A stretch of DNA of 64,000 bases, taken from positions 27,776-91,775 of IMG/VR virus record IMGVR_UViG_3300037502_004185. One strand, 5' to 3'. A program made the translations under genes and the position numbers. This document shows positions 20,432 through 30,480 of the stretch, in pieces; position 1 is the first letter of the stretch, and every line of letters begins with the position of its first letter. Below the pieces are notes generated by a model. It was not told the DNA's origin, did not search any database, and saw nothing but the letters and a program-made list of their open reading frames with translations. Origin of the DNA: a virus.

Positions 20432-21205
20432 ATGAGCATTATCATGGCGATTGCCAACCAAAAAGGCGGCGTTGGTAAAACAACTTGTACTTACAACTTT
20501 GGCATTAGCATCGCTAATCAAGGCAATAAATGTCTATTCCTGGACTTTGACCCACAAAACAACTTAGGCGGTTCAATCGCACCGGAAATGGTCGAGAATC
20601 CAGAGTACACATCTGCGAGCTGCCTACACAACGCTTACAACCTTTTCGAAAATCCAGTAAAGGCTAAACCTTTCGAAGTCAGCGAAAACGTACACGTTGT
20701 TGGCGGCGATAAGCGCATGGGCAACATTACTCAATCACAAATCTTAAACGTGGCTGAGTCTATCGACCTTATCAAAGACGACTACGACTATATCTTTATA
20801 GACTGTCCACCAGCGGCGAACGCGCTACAGCATGCAGCGCTACTTGTGGCCAGTAAGCTACTTATCATTAGCCAAGCACAAAAAATGTCGATCAAAGGCG
20901 TTAATGAGCTGGTTAAGACCTCGCGCCAAATCCGTCGAATGAACCCTGACTTGGAAGTGTTAGGCATTGTCCTAAACCTTATCGAAGCCAATATCACAAA
21001 CGACCAGCGCGAACAGGAAGCGGAACTTCGTAAAGAGTACGGCAACCTAGTTTTTGAAAACAAACTGATTAAAACAACGCGCGTAAGTGAAGCTCTAAAC
21101 CAAGGCAAAGCACTGATTGAAACCAACCCTAAAGCGGCTGAGAAATTCGGCTTTACAGCGGTTTGTGATGAACTTTGCAAGCGCATGGTAGAGGTGACAG
21201 CATGA
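20432..21205 (+). CDS. parA: ParA/Soj partition ATPase
   Basis: NQKGGVGKTT, DFDPQNN and IDCPP motifs; no N-terminal HTH. Confidence 0.95.
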   Translation: MSIIMAIANQKGGVGKTTCTYNFGISIANQGNKCLFLDFDPQNNLGGSIAPEMVENPEYTSASCLHNAYNLFENPVKAKPFEVSENVHVVGGDKRMGNITQSQILNVAESIDLIKDDYDYIFIDCPPAANALQHAALLVASKLLIISQAQKMSIKGVNELVKTSRQIRRMNPDLEVLGIVLNLIEANITNDQREQEAELRKEYGNLVFENKLIKTTRVSEALNQGKALIETNPKAAEKFGFTAVCDELCKRMVEVTA

Positions 21206-22131
21206 CCAAAAGCTTAAGAGATCGAATCAAGCTTAGCGACCTAGATAATCTCTTGGATGAATCAGCGGTAGAAATCCGCGATGCAGCGAAAGTGCTGGCT
21301 ATCCCTAAAGACTCTTTGTATTCAGTTGAGCAAGTACGTGAAGAATTTAACGATGAGTCACTACTTGAATTGTGCGAAAGCCTAGAAGAAAACGGCCAAA
21401 TTCAACCTGTCGTTGTTTACCCGTTCGATGGCAAGGGATACAAAATCCAAGAGGGTGAACGCCGTTGGCGCGCCGCTATGTTGAGCGACAAGCTGACTCA
21501 CGTTGAATGTATTGTCCGTGAAAAGGGCGATATTTTTGGCCAGCTCATTGAAAACATCCAGCGTGAAGATTTAACGCCAATCGAATTAGGTAAGGCGTTT
21601 GACCAAGCTAAGAAAAAGCACAATCTGGATAACCGTGGCTTGGCTAAGCGCCTTGGCAAATCAGACGGCTACATTTCGAAATACCTAAATGTACTTAAAG
21701 CCCCTGACTTTGTTTTGGAAGCATTCCAAAAAGGGATTATTGGTGATGTGGAGTCCATCAACGAACTACGCAAAGCAACCATCGATAACTCTGATCGCGT
21801 TCGTGAAGCACTGGAAAGCGGCGAGAAGCTAACACGCCAAGATTGTGTGAAGTTACGCACCAATGCGTTTGGCGATGAGGTTGAGGTCAAGCTTAGCGAA
21901 GCAGATAAAGCAGATAAAGCAGACAAGGTAGAAAAGACCGTTAAGACACCAGTAAGCAAAAAGCCTACGGCGAACCAAAAGCCTACCAGCATTTGTGTCA
22001 TGGTTAATGGTCGTCATGGTTTGGTGTTCGCATCTGGTAAGCATAGCGACAAGCTAACGGTACTGTTTGATGATGGCGAACTTGAGCAAGTGCCAGTTGG
22101 TGAAGCTCAATTAGTTGGGTATCGTGTGTAA
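21202..22131 (+). CDS. parB: ParB partition protein
   Basis: GQIQPVVV, GERRWRA, ENIQREDL and an HTH; ATGA overlap with parA. Confidence 0.93.
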   Translation: MTKSLRDRIKLSDLDNLLDESAVEIRDAAKVLAIPKDSLYSVEQVREEFNDESLLELCESLEENGQIQPVVVYPFDGKGYKIQEGERRWRAAMLSDKLTHVECIVREKGDIFGQLIENIQREDLTPIELGKAFDQAKKKHNLDNRGLAKRLGKSDGYISKYLNVLKAPDFVLEAFQKGIIGDVESINELRKATIDNSDRVREALESGEKLTRQDCVKLRTNAFGDEVEVKLSEADKADKADKVEKTVKTPVSKKPTANQKPTSICVMVNGRHGLVFASGKHSDKLTVLFDDGELEQVPVGEAQLVGYRV

Positions 22132-22152
22132 AGTTCTCGCATGCGAAAACTT

Positions 22153-22485
22153 TTAAAGCGGGTGGCTAATTAGCTGCCCGTTTTTCGTTAAGACGTAGTA
22201 CCCGCCGTCACGGTAGACGCCAACCACATAGTGATCGAGCGGCACGTCTTGCCAGCCAAATAGCCCTAGTTCGTCATCGCAGTAAGCGACGATATTCACC
22301 AGTTTCACCTTTTGGACATGCAGTAGATAGATATTATCTAGCGCCCCTCTAAATGGCCTGTAGATATATTCTCCATCTTTCCTTAAAGCGGGGATCTCGT
22401 TCCCTGCGACTGAATGGCCATCGGCAACGCCGTCCTCGTTTATGTCGATTAGCCCGTAATGGTAACGATGCCTTATGGTAAACAT
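22153..22485 (-). CDS. Hypothetical protein
   Basis: 110 aa with GGGAG RBS. Confidence 0.6.
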   Translation of the reverse strand: MFTIRHRYHYGLIDINEDGVADGHSVAGNEIPALRKDGEYIYRPFRGALDNIYLLHVQKVKLVNIVAYCDDELGLFGWQDVPLDHYVVGVYRDGGYYVLTKNGQLISHPL

Positions 22486-22504
22486 CCCCTACTCCCTTAA
22501 ATGC

Positions 22505-22540
22505 AAAAACGCCAGATTTGACGTTTAAATCTGGCGTTTT
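22505..22540. terminator. Bidirectional terminator
   Basis: AAAAACGCCAGATTT...AAATCTGGCGTTTTT. Confidence 0.7.
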
Positions 22541-22581
22541 TGTCGTGTCTTCTAGGTTATCACAGGCTAGAAAGCCTAGAC

Positions 22582-23991
22582 CTATTTTATAGTCGCATAG
22601 TGGATTCTTGCAAGTTCGTCCGGTTGCAGAATAGACTCAAACATAAAGCCTGTTTGTACGCCCTCGTTTTCCAGCTCTTGATTCACTCGGCCAAGAATGT
22701 CGATAAGCGATGCACTACCGCCGCCGAACATATCCCCTAGCGCTTGGCCTTGGTGAAGCAGCTCACTATTGATTGCATCGGCCATTGTCTTAAAGGCCAG
22801 CGTCATGCGTTTTGCGCTTCGGTTGTTCGCGGCAATGAATCTCGCCAGCGCTTCGGCCTCGGGATCGTTGTCGCCAAACAAACCGGACTGAGCCAATAGC
22901 TCGTCAATGTGTTGGCCGGACTCTTTTGCCTGTCTTACCAGCTCGGTTGCTTGCACCAGTGAGTCAAGTGCTGACTTAGCGAGGTCAGGTTGTGAAGCGT
23001 TAATTTCCACGGCCTCTGCCAGCGTTTCAGACGTGTTTTTATGCACTTCCCCGCTAAGATATTGCATCTCAACAAACGCGCTTGCTGCGCCGTTTAGCGC
23101 GCTCAAAATGTTGCGAATTTCGGGATCGGCTTCCTCGGCTACCAGCTTCACCAACTTCTCGTTTTTGTACGCCTTGGCAAACACGGCATTTTGCATGCGC
23201 TCAATCAGTTGTTTGGTTGGTCGGCCATCTTCGGTCAGTAGTCCGGCGGTTGAGTTATCCCCAATTTCGGTTAGGAAGCTGTTTATAAATCCTTGGTTGG
23301 ATTTGGCCAAAAGGTTGCCTGTTTCGCTCGGTTGGAATAGAGCAATCATGCGGTCATCGATGCGCTCTGCGTCAACCCAAGCCGTCTCGGCTGCGCTCAT
23401 CTGTTGCAAGTCAGAGAGGTTGGAATCTCGGGCAAACTTAGCACGGTTAACTTGGGTAACACGTTCTCGAACCAACACTGGCTCGCGCATGCTCTCAACT
23501 TTCTCCGGTGATAGGTCGAAGCGCTCCGCATTGTCGATTAGGAACTGGCTGTACTTTTCAGCCTTGCCCTCTCGATACGCTTTTATGATGGCGATGGTTC
23601 GACCGTTCCCCGACTCCACCACATTATCTGCACCAACAATCGGTGCGCCGTGGCTAGATAGTCCAGAATCCGTTAATTGTTGTGGGCGCAAATCGTTGGC
23701 CATCTTTGAGATCTGCAATTTTGAGGATACGCGAGTACGGTCGCGCGGTTGCAGCTCTTGTGGAAAATTCGGATTGATTCGACCGTCCAAATCGTTCGAT
23801 GGAATAAGGTCGCTGGCTTCCACGACTTTAAAGCCTGTTTCTACTTCGTCGCCTTTTGCTGTCACAACGTAGCTGGTTCGACCTAGCTTGGGTTTTGGAT
23901 TGTCTGTTGCGTACAGTTGAACAATCTCGGCTAGGTCATTGATGTTTTTCGCCTCTTTGATTTCGGCGTTAATTGATGTGAGTTGATTCAA
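22582..23991 (-). CDS. ddrB: DdrB-like protein (ddrB-ParB domain); likely TTG start at 23991
   Basis: ELQPRDRTR and GAPIVGADNVVESGNGR motifs; GGAG RBS before TTG. The track ATG at 24027 lies inside a parS palindrome. Confidence 0.8.
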   Translation of the reverse strand: MNQLTSINAEIKEAKNINDLAEIVQLYATDNPKPKLGRTSYVVTAKGDEVETGFKVVEASDLIPSNDLDGRINPNFPQELQPRDRTRVSSKLQISKMANDLRPQQLTDSGLSSHGAPIVGADNVVESGNGRTIAIIKAYREGKAEKYSQFLIDNAERFDLSPEKVESMREPVLVRERVTQVNRAKFARDSNLSDLQQMSAAETAWVDAERIDDRMIALFQPSETGNLLAKSNQGFINSFLTEIGDNSTAGLLTEDGRPTKQLIERMQNAVFAKAYKNEKLVKLVAEEADPEIRNILSALNGAASAFVEMQYLSGEVHKNTSETLAEAVEINASQPDLAKSALDSLVQATELVRQAKESGQHIDELLAQSGLFGDNDPEAEALARFIAANNRSAKRMTLAFKTMADAINSELLHQGQALGDMFGGGSASLIDILGRVNQELENEGVQTGFMFESILQPDELARIHYATIK

Positions 23992-24056
23992 TTTGACCGC
24001 TCCGGTTGGAGTGGCGAGTTCTCGCATGCGAAAACTTTTGGGACAGTGGAAAAGGA

Positions 24057-24179
24057 TTAAAGGCTCTTAAGCAATGCGAAAAGCGCCTTGGCGTAGTTGT
24101 GACGCTCACTGGCTGCCAGTGCAAGGTTTAGAGATTGCTTGTAGTAATAATCTGCTCGGATTTTGGTTAAAACATTCAT
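24057..24179 (-). CDS. Possible 40-aa small protein
   Basis: MNVLTKIRADYYYKQSLNLALAASERHNYAKALFALLKSL*; lies between parS copies; weak RBS. Confidence 0.35.
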   Translation of the reverse strand: MNVLTKIRADYYYKQSLNLALAASERHNYAKALFALLKSL

Positions 24180-24305
24180 TTTGGTTTTCTCAAGTTCTCT
24201 GAAAAGTTTTCGCATGCGAAAACTATATCGAACGGGATTCTTTAAAGTTCTCGCATGCGAAAAGTATATGGAATGTCATGTTTTAAAGTTCTCGCATGCG
24301 AAAAC

Positions 24306-25010
24306 TTAAGCGGCCAGTTTGTCAGGATTGTGCTCGAACCATTCAATCGCTTTTTGCTTGATGCTATCTAGCTCCAAGCCCTCTGAGTGAACGTCTCGCA
24401 TTACATCAACAAACACCGATGGTTTGGCGTTATTAAACTCGCCAGCAAGGAATCTCGCAACTAGATCGCTTTGCTCAACTGGACGTTCGCCATTGTCGCG
24501 CTCATTCTGCTCGATGTGCTTCGTAAGAGTCTTGATAGCCTTGTTACGGTCAGCGCGCGACCAGCTACCAAAGCCACCATTTTTCTTAGCTGAACCCGCA
24601 TCGTTTTTCCAGTAGTCCAAACCGCGCGCGATATGCCCCTTGTAGCCAAACTGGAAGCTTTCGCCATCTTTGTACACAACGTAGTTATCGCCCTTTTCAA
24701 CCACTTGGTAGTTAGGGAAAAACGCCATTTCGTATTCGTACCAGTTAGGCAGAAATAGCACTTCATTGAGCTTTTCAATCTTATCGGAGCGGCCTAACTT
24801 GGAAAATTCTTCTACCGATATTGGCTCATCCGAACTTGATACCGGCTTCTGCTCAACCTTTTGGTTAGCGCCAGTCAGTTTATTAAGAATTTCCACCAGC
24901 TCACGGTTCTTTTTGATGCGTTCACCAATCGATAGCTGGCCACTCTTAAGCTCTTTCAACAAACCCGCAGCATCGCGGTTGAGCGTCATTTTTTCTCTTA
25001 AGCTTAACAC
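24306..25010 (-). CDS. ddrA: DdrA-like protein with an extra central domain
   Basis: C-terminus LVARFLAGEF...LDSIKQKAIEWF...LAA resembles P1 DdrA; lies between darA and ddrB. Confidence 0.65.
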   Translation of the reverse strand: MLSLREKMTLNRDAAGLLKELKSGQLSIGERIKKNRELVEILNKLTGANQKVEQKPVSSSDEPISVEEFSKLGRSDKIEKLNEVLFLPNWYEYEMAFFPNYQVVEKGDNYVVYKDGESFQFGYKGHIARGLDYWKNDAGSAKKNGGFGSWSRADRNKAIKTLTKHIEQNERDNGERPVEQSDLVARFLAGEFNNAKPSVFVDVMRDVHSEGLELDSIKQKAIEWFEHNPDKLAA

Positions 25011-25057
25011 TTGATTCTCTCCGGTTTAGGCCGCCGATGTGGCGGCCTTGGTTGTGA

Positions 25058-28000
25058 TTAGATTTGCGCTTGGATCATGCTAGTGATGTTGCTTAGAGCG
25101 GCATCCATCAACGCTTCGTTCTCTGCCACTTGGTCGTTAGCTTCGAAGTAGGCGTAAGCTTGTTCTAGTGCGGTTTGGAACTCATCAACCAATTCCGGCG
25201 TAGGTTCACCAGTGAAATCTCGGATTTCTTTTAGTTTCTCTACATGTTCCATTTCTTCGTTATTACCCTCTGTTTCAGATTGAGGCGCTTCACTACTTAG
25301 ATTGAACGCTTTCACTAATAACGCTTCCATTTCCGCTGTATCGTCAAATTCACCGATCAAGTCATTGCCTTGGTATAGCGCGAACTTGTACTCGCCATCT
25401 TTAGCGATTGGGTAAATATCAACGTAGCGTTCGTTTAGCCATGAACGCACGGTTAGCGGAGCGTACACGTTCGCTGGTACAGAGCCATTTACTGAATGGA
25501 TACCAGCCGCAACGCTTGGTTGTGCCAATGCGCCTTTTTCGTTGTAGTAGGTATCCGCAGATTGCCAGCCCTTAATCGTCTCAAGCTGAGCTTTCGCTTT
25601 TTCGCTTAAGTCGGTCGCTAGAATGTCGAATAGAACGTCTAGGCTGTAAGTTAGTCCGTCCTCATCTTTCGCATTAATCGACTTAACTCGGCCTGTTGGG
25701 AATGTCACTTCCTGCTTACCAAGTTTTAGCTCTAGGTTGGTAAAGGCTTCTAGCTGCTCAAGTGCTTTCGCTTCTTCTTCGTCTAGGCTTTCACGGAATG
25801 AGTTAACGTCTAGTACGTCATCCTCTGCCTGTTCGCCTTGCTGGTGAATTTCAGTTAGAGACGCGAGCTCTACCACTTTGCGCTCTTTACCAAAATCAAA
25901 GTCCACGGTTAGGCGGCCACCAAAGAAATTGCGATCGTGGTAATCGGTCATCGTGTCGCTATTGTTGTAGTCGTATTGGCTTACATAAGCGTTAACGAAC
26001 TCGATCAGCTGATCTACTGCTTCGGTATAACGGCTCATACCGTGTGGCGTTGGCGAGTTAGGGTTATCAATCTCGAACTGTAGGTAAGCTGGATTGTAGA
26101 GCATGACGTTTCTTGGCAAGTCAGTCAGCGTTAGATCTAGTGTACCGTAGCGAGGCTTGCGTACTGAGATTTTAACGTCATTACTGATTTTGCCAGCTTT
26201 CTTAAGCTGAGCGATAAAGGCGCGGATTCGCTTAGCGATTTCACCCGTATCTCGAATGCCCTCGCTCTCATAGATTGAGCCAAATGAATATTGAGTTGGG
26301 TCTAGTGCGAGAAGTTGTTTTTCTTCCTCGGATACACCCTTGCTCACTTCATCTGCTGTGTCAGATTCTACGGCGTTCTTAGCACCCAATAGTTCAAGCA
26401 GTTTGTTAGTACCGTCAACCGTTAGGTAGCTGCGAGAATTGGTGTTAGCGACAAAGCGTAGCTCTTTGCCCTTGCTCGATTTCGCAGAGAAGAAACTGTA
26501 GCCAAATGTGTTTTCCATTTGGTTCTCTTGTTCTTCGGTTAGCGCAATGCCGTTAATCTTGCCGTCATCGTCCACCTTGGCCAGTAGCTTGTCGGCGTTC
26601 TCGCGTAGTGTTGGGCGCGAGTGAAGCGAACCTGAGCCGTTAATGGCCAGCGTTGAATACAATGATTCAAAGCCGTTGATTGTGGTGAACATAGCCGGAC
26701 TGACAGGCTCAAGTGGTGCGCTGTATTCCGTCTCTGCAATTTGCTCAAGCGTTTTGCCGTCCTTAAGCATGTTAAAGATTGCAATAGTGCTTTCTTTCAC
26801 TGCTTGGTCGTTTAGTTGAGTCGCTTTTTGCTGTGCTGCTGCGCCCTCTAGGCCAGTTTCTAGCACCTTGCCTGTGTACGTATCGATAACACTAAAGTCA
26901 GCTTGGCCAATAGTGCCTACTGGTGCGTAGCGCTTCTCGCGTGTCGCCTTGAATTGGCCTTTGTGGTTCAAGTCAGGCAATGCAGCAAGGCTAGGGAAGC
27001 CACGGCTTTCGTATTCCGCTTCGATAGCTTTTGTGTACCACAATGGCATGACTGAGTTATGGATAGCGCGCGCCATCTGTTCGTTGTCGATCTGCTCATC
27101 GTTATCCAAGTATCTAAAGCCATGAACAGCCAGGATGTCTTGGTTAGTTACACCCGCCATTGCGTAGTGCTGAGCAAAGAGCTCATCTGAACTTAGTTCG
27201 GATAGGTCAGGGTAGCTACCGTCATCGATCGCCTTAATGAAGCGCTCAACTTTTTGGTAGTCCTCGCCTTGGTCTGCCATTGCTGGAATGACGGTTTCAC
27301 CTTTTGCCTTGGTGTAAGCTACGTCACCCTCATGGTAAACCGTAGTCGCGCTAAACGCTTTTTCTACGTCATCCAGTGCCAACGCTTCGCCGTTCTCAAA
27401 CTTCTCGTATAGGTCGCCACGTAGCGCGCGTAGGTCGAACATTTTCGCCGTTGCGCTAAAGAATCCGTCACGGTAGTTCAAGATAGCTTGCAGTAGGTCA
27501 GCACGTTTCGCACGGCGGTTAAATGGGATGCGATGAGCCGTTAGGAAATCAGTGATCTCTTTGCGGTTCTTAAATTGCGCTTCCAATGACGCTAGGGTTT
27601 CACCTTGTAGTGATTCCACTAGGTGCGCTTGTTCTGAAATGCGCTTAGCTTGGTCATCCACTTTCTCGCCACGTTTTAGCGTTTTGCCAGTGCCTAGCGT
27701 TAGGTCAGCCAGCATAACGAGACGTTTGCGATCGCTTGGGCTCACTGACTGCATATCCTTAAGTTTGGATAGGGCAGTTTCTTGGAAGCGCATGCGGCCT
27801 TGCGTGTGTTCTGCTTGGCGTTGCAATTCAGCATCGCTTTGAACCAGCATTAGGTCTTCGGCAATCTCTTGAATCATTTCCGGTGTCACAAGGTCAATCG
27901 ATGCGCTCCATAGCTTGTACGCTTTTGGATTTTCCTTGCGGTTCTTCATTTCCGGTTGCTGGCGTAGCTGCTTAGCGAACGCTGCTTTGAAGCCCACTTG

Positions 28001-29851
28001 TTTTAGGGTATCGAGCGTAGACTGAGGAATTTCATCAACGCCTTTGTCCTCAACCCATTGGTCTAGCGCTTCGGCTGCGATGCGCTCCGCTTCCTCTAGG
28101 TCGCCCTCAACCATGCCAAATAGCGGCTCTAGGTCAAAGTTGCTTACTAGCTCTGGTGGCAGTTTTTGGTCATAAGCGATCGCGCCGTGGCGAATGCCAT
28201 TACCAGCGTCAGCGAATTGCTCTTGAGCCGATTCTGGATCGAGGTACTTAACCACTTGATGTTGTGGCGGCGTTGTACCCAAGCCATAAGGGCGTAGACG
28301 TAGGCCATACCAGAATAGGTTAGCTGTGGTTTCGTCTTTGTCTTGGTCGTTCGCGTTTGGCTCGTCGTTCTCAATTGGTTGCGGTTCTTCGTTGCTGTCA
28401 TCGGTATCTTGAAGCAGCTTAGATTCACGGTCGTAGTCAGCCAGAATAAGCGATTTAGCCGCTTCCCAACCTTGTAGATCGTCGCCACCAGCAAGCGGTG
28501 AACCCTCGCCGTAAGTGACAGCCAAGGTTTGGTTATCGCGCGCGTGGATCATGTACTGGCCAAAGCTATCATCGTCGTTCGCGTCAGGCGATTCGAAGTA
28601 GACAAACGGCTCGCTATCTTCGCCTTTATCCATCTTCCAGCCCTTAGCAATGGTCTTGCGGCCAATAAGAGCCAATAGCCATTCTTTGCGCTCGATATTC
28701 GCTTTTCGCTCGCGTTCTTCGTCTGACAACTGAGGAAAATCGTTTTCAATTGAATCACGGATGTATTCTTTAGCCTCGGCAAGCTCTGATACCGTCATAG
28801 CGCCTTTATCGAGCTCATAAATCGCATCATTGATGTACGACTCTGAATACGTGCTAGGAACGTTTTGATTTGCTGCACCTGCAAACTCTAATGAGTCTTT
28901 AAACTCTTGGCTTAGCTGCTTAACAAAGGCATCGAGATCGCCATTGAAAGCGCGTTCAATGATGAAGTCGCGTTTCTCTTGCTTAGTCCATGAAGCGTCC
29001 CATTGCTCGATCACTTGAGACGGACTGCCACCAGCGTCCACATTGGTCGCTGCTGTATTTGCTGCTGGCTTGATAGCAGCAAGCTGTTTGCGTAGTTCTT
29101 CTTGGATTTCGTTTTGCGTAGCAATCTGAGTTTTTAGGCGTTTCTCTTTCTTGGCCAGCTCATCAAGTTTCTGTTCCAAGTCTGTTGTTTCTTCGCCTAG
29201 CTGAGCGGCTTGCTCATCGAGCTCTTGTGCCTTTTGTTGCGCCTCTTCCAGTGCTTTTGCGTCAGCGTCTTTCTTGGCCTTAGCGGCGACAAATTTCTCG
29301 CTGTTGTTCTCAAGCAATTGCGCTAGCTTGTCGGTCACTTCCTTAAGAGACAAATCCATGTTGCCCTTTGGCGCGACTACGTGAGTAATATCGCGCGAGT
29401 TCATCAGGAAGCGGAACGCGATTAGCGTGTCATCTGGATTTATTTTTAGCGGATCGTTATCCGGCGCATGGAACGCAATAGAAATGCTCTGGCCATCCGA
29501 GAATGGGATTTTCACCATTTGAACAGCGACCGCACCAGATTTGCGCGGTTTACCCACTTCTACAGCTTCTACCGATAGCGTAGGGGTTTTACGTTCCAAG
29601 TGCTTACCAAATTGCTGAGCACGAAACTCAAGCTTTGACGCTTTTGATTTGAACGCCTCTAGCATCATTTGAGGCACTGGTTTGCACTGGTATAGGTAAG
29701 TGTTTTCCAAATCCTCAAGCGATAGTGCTTCTAGGATTTGGTCGGCGTTTTCACCTTGCAGTACCGCTTCGATTTGCTCCGGTGTTAGCGTTTTAGCTAG
29801 ATGGTCGATGCGATCCACAATCTTGATTTGATTTTGACTGGTAAACATCAT
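25058..29851 (-). CDS. darA: DarA-like antirestriction head protein, expanded polyvalent form
   Basis: IPFSDGQSISIAFHAP...FRFLMNSRDITHVVAP N-domain; YGLRLRPYG...RHGAIAY DarA C-domain; 1597 aa. Confidence 0.85.
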   Translation of the reverse strand: MMFTSQNQIKIVDRIDHLAKTLTPEQIEAVLQGENADQILEALSLEDLENTYLYQCKPVPQMMLEAFKSKASKLEFRAQQFGKHLERKTPTLSVEAVEVGKPRKSGAVAVQMVKIPFSDGQSISIAFHAPDNDPLKINPDDTLIAFRFLMNSRDITHVVAPKGNMDLSLKEVTDKLAQLLENNSEKFVAAKAKKDADAKALEEAQQKAQELDEQAAQLGEETTDLEQKLDELAKKEKRLKTQIATQNEIQEELRKQLAAIKPAANTAATNVDAGGSPSQVIEQWDASWTKQEKRDFIIERAFNGDLDAFVKQLSQEFKDSLEFAGAANQNVPSTYSESYINDAIYELDKGAMTVSELAEAKEYIRDSIENDFPQLSDEERERKANIERKEWLLALIGRKTIAKGWKMDKGEDSEPFVYFESPDANDDDSFGQYMIHARDNQTLAVTYGEGSPLAGGDDLQGWEAAKSLILADYDRESKLLQDTDDSNEEPQPIENDEPNANDQDKDETTANLFWYGLRLRPYGLGTTPPQHQVVKYLDPESAQEQFADAGNGIRHGAIAYDQKLPPELVSNFDLEPLFGMVEGDLEEAERIAAEALDQWVEDKGVDEIPQSTLDTLKQVGFKAAFAKQLRQQPEMKNRKENPKAYKLWSASIDLVTPEMIQEIAEDLMLVQSDAELQRQAEHTQGRMRFQETALSKLKDMQSVSPSDRKRLVMLADLTLGTGKTLKRGEKVDDQAKRISEQAHLVESLQGETLASLEAQFKNRKEITDFLTAHRIPFNRRAKRADLLQAILNYRDGFFSATAKMFDLRALRGDLYEKFENGEALALDDVEKAFSATTVYHEGDVAYTKAKGETVIPAMADQGEDYQKVERFIKAIDDGSYPDLSELSSDELFAQHYAMAGVTNQDILAVHGFRYLDNDEQIDNEQMARAIHNSVMPLWYTKAIEAEYESRGFPSLAALPDLNHKGQFKATREKRYAPVGTIGQADFSVIDTYTGKVLETGLEGAAAQQKATQLNDQAVKESTIAIFNMLKDGKTLEQIAETEYSAPLEPVSPAMFTTINGFESLYSTLAINGSGSLHSRPTLRENADKLLAKVDDDGKINGIALTEEQENQMENTFGYSFFSAKSSKGKELRFVANTNSRSYLTVDGTNKLLELLGAKNAVESDTADEVSKGVSEEEKQLLALDPTQYSFGSIYESEGIRDTGEIAKRIRAFIAQLKKAGKISNDVKISVRKPRYGTLDLTLTDLPRNVMLYNPAYLQFEIDNPNSPTPHGMSRYTEAVDQLIEFVNAYVSQYDYNNSDTMTDYHDRNFFGGRLTVDFDFGKERKVVELASLTEIHQQGEQAEDDVLDVNSFRESLDEEEAKALEQLEAFTNLELKLGKQEVTFPTGRVKSINAKDEDGLTYSLDVLFDILATDLSEKAKAQLETIKGWQSADTYYNEKGALAQPSVAAGIHSVNGSVPANVYAPLTVRSWLNERYVDIYPIAKDGEYKFALYQGNDLIGEFDDTAEMEALLVKAFNLSSEAPQSETEGNNEEMEHVEKLKEIRDFTGEPTPELVDEFQTALEQAYAYFEANDQVAENEALMDAALSNITSMIQAQI

Positions 29852-30480
29852 GCTTTGGCAGCCTCTAATTGCGCTTCAAGTTCCTTGGTTTCTTGCTTCT
29901 CTTGCTCTAATGCAGCTTCAAGATCGGCTACACGGCGTTGGTCTTCTTCCAACTTCGTGCGAACACTGTCCCGAGCGGCTAGGGCGTTGGTGTAATTGGA
30001 TTGTGCAACCTGCTCGGCTGCCTTGGCTTCTTCCAATCGCTTAGCAATAGAACGTGTGGCTGGTTGAATGTCTGAGGTGTCTTTAACGGCCTGTGCCGCT
30101 TTGCGAGCTACTTGCTTGTCAAACTTGCTTTGGTTGCGCTCCATTAGGCGAACCATTTCACGCGCAAGCTCGCGTTCGTTCTTCACGCTTGGGATAGGCT
30201 GTTTCGTGTTGTTCAGTGTCATTTGGTAAATGTCACCCTCATCACCCACAAACAGCGTCATGGACTGGCCATTATCAAAGAACAGTTTGGCGCGTTTTAC
30301 TGTCTCGCCGTCTCGTCTCGTTTTCTTGTTCGAGGCTTCTACGTCTGTAACAGTCGCACCCGCTTGTTTTAACGCAGTGATCAGACTCTTAAGGCCGCGT
30401 TCGGTCACGTTGTCAAAATCGACCACCACATAGTTGTGCGACTGGTCTAGTGCAAACTTGCTGTTGTTACGCAATTTCAA
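29848..30480 (-). CDS. hdf: Hdf (homologue of DarA fragment)
   Basis: VVVDFDNVTERGLKSLITAL, FDNGQS and a coiled-coil end; lydB-hdf-darA order. Confidence 0.82.
   Translation of the reverse strand: MKLRNNSKFALDQSHNYVVVDFDNVTERGLKSLITALKQAGATVTDVEASNKKTRRDGETVKRAKLFFDNGQSMTLFVGDEGDIYQMTLNNTKQPIPSVKNERELAREMVRLMERNQSKFDKQVARKAAQAVKDTSDIQPATRSIAKRLEEAKAAEQVAQSNYTNALAARDSVRTKLEEDQRRVADLEAALEQEKQETKELEAQLEAAKA

Noticed and set aside
22907-23872. 321-aa plus-strand ORF
   Set aside because: Antisense shadow of ddrB with Ser/Arg-rich composition. The same applies to most short nested ORFs in darB, darA, sit and the tail genes.
24206-24305. Three regularly spaced palindromes resembling a mini CRISPR array
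   Set aside because: The 23-nt spacers resemble each other, the repeat is the dispersed parS-like motif, and there are no cas genes.
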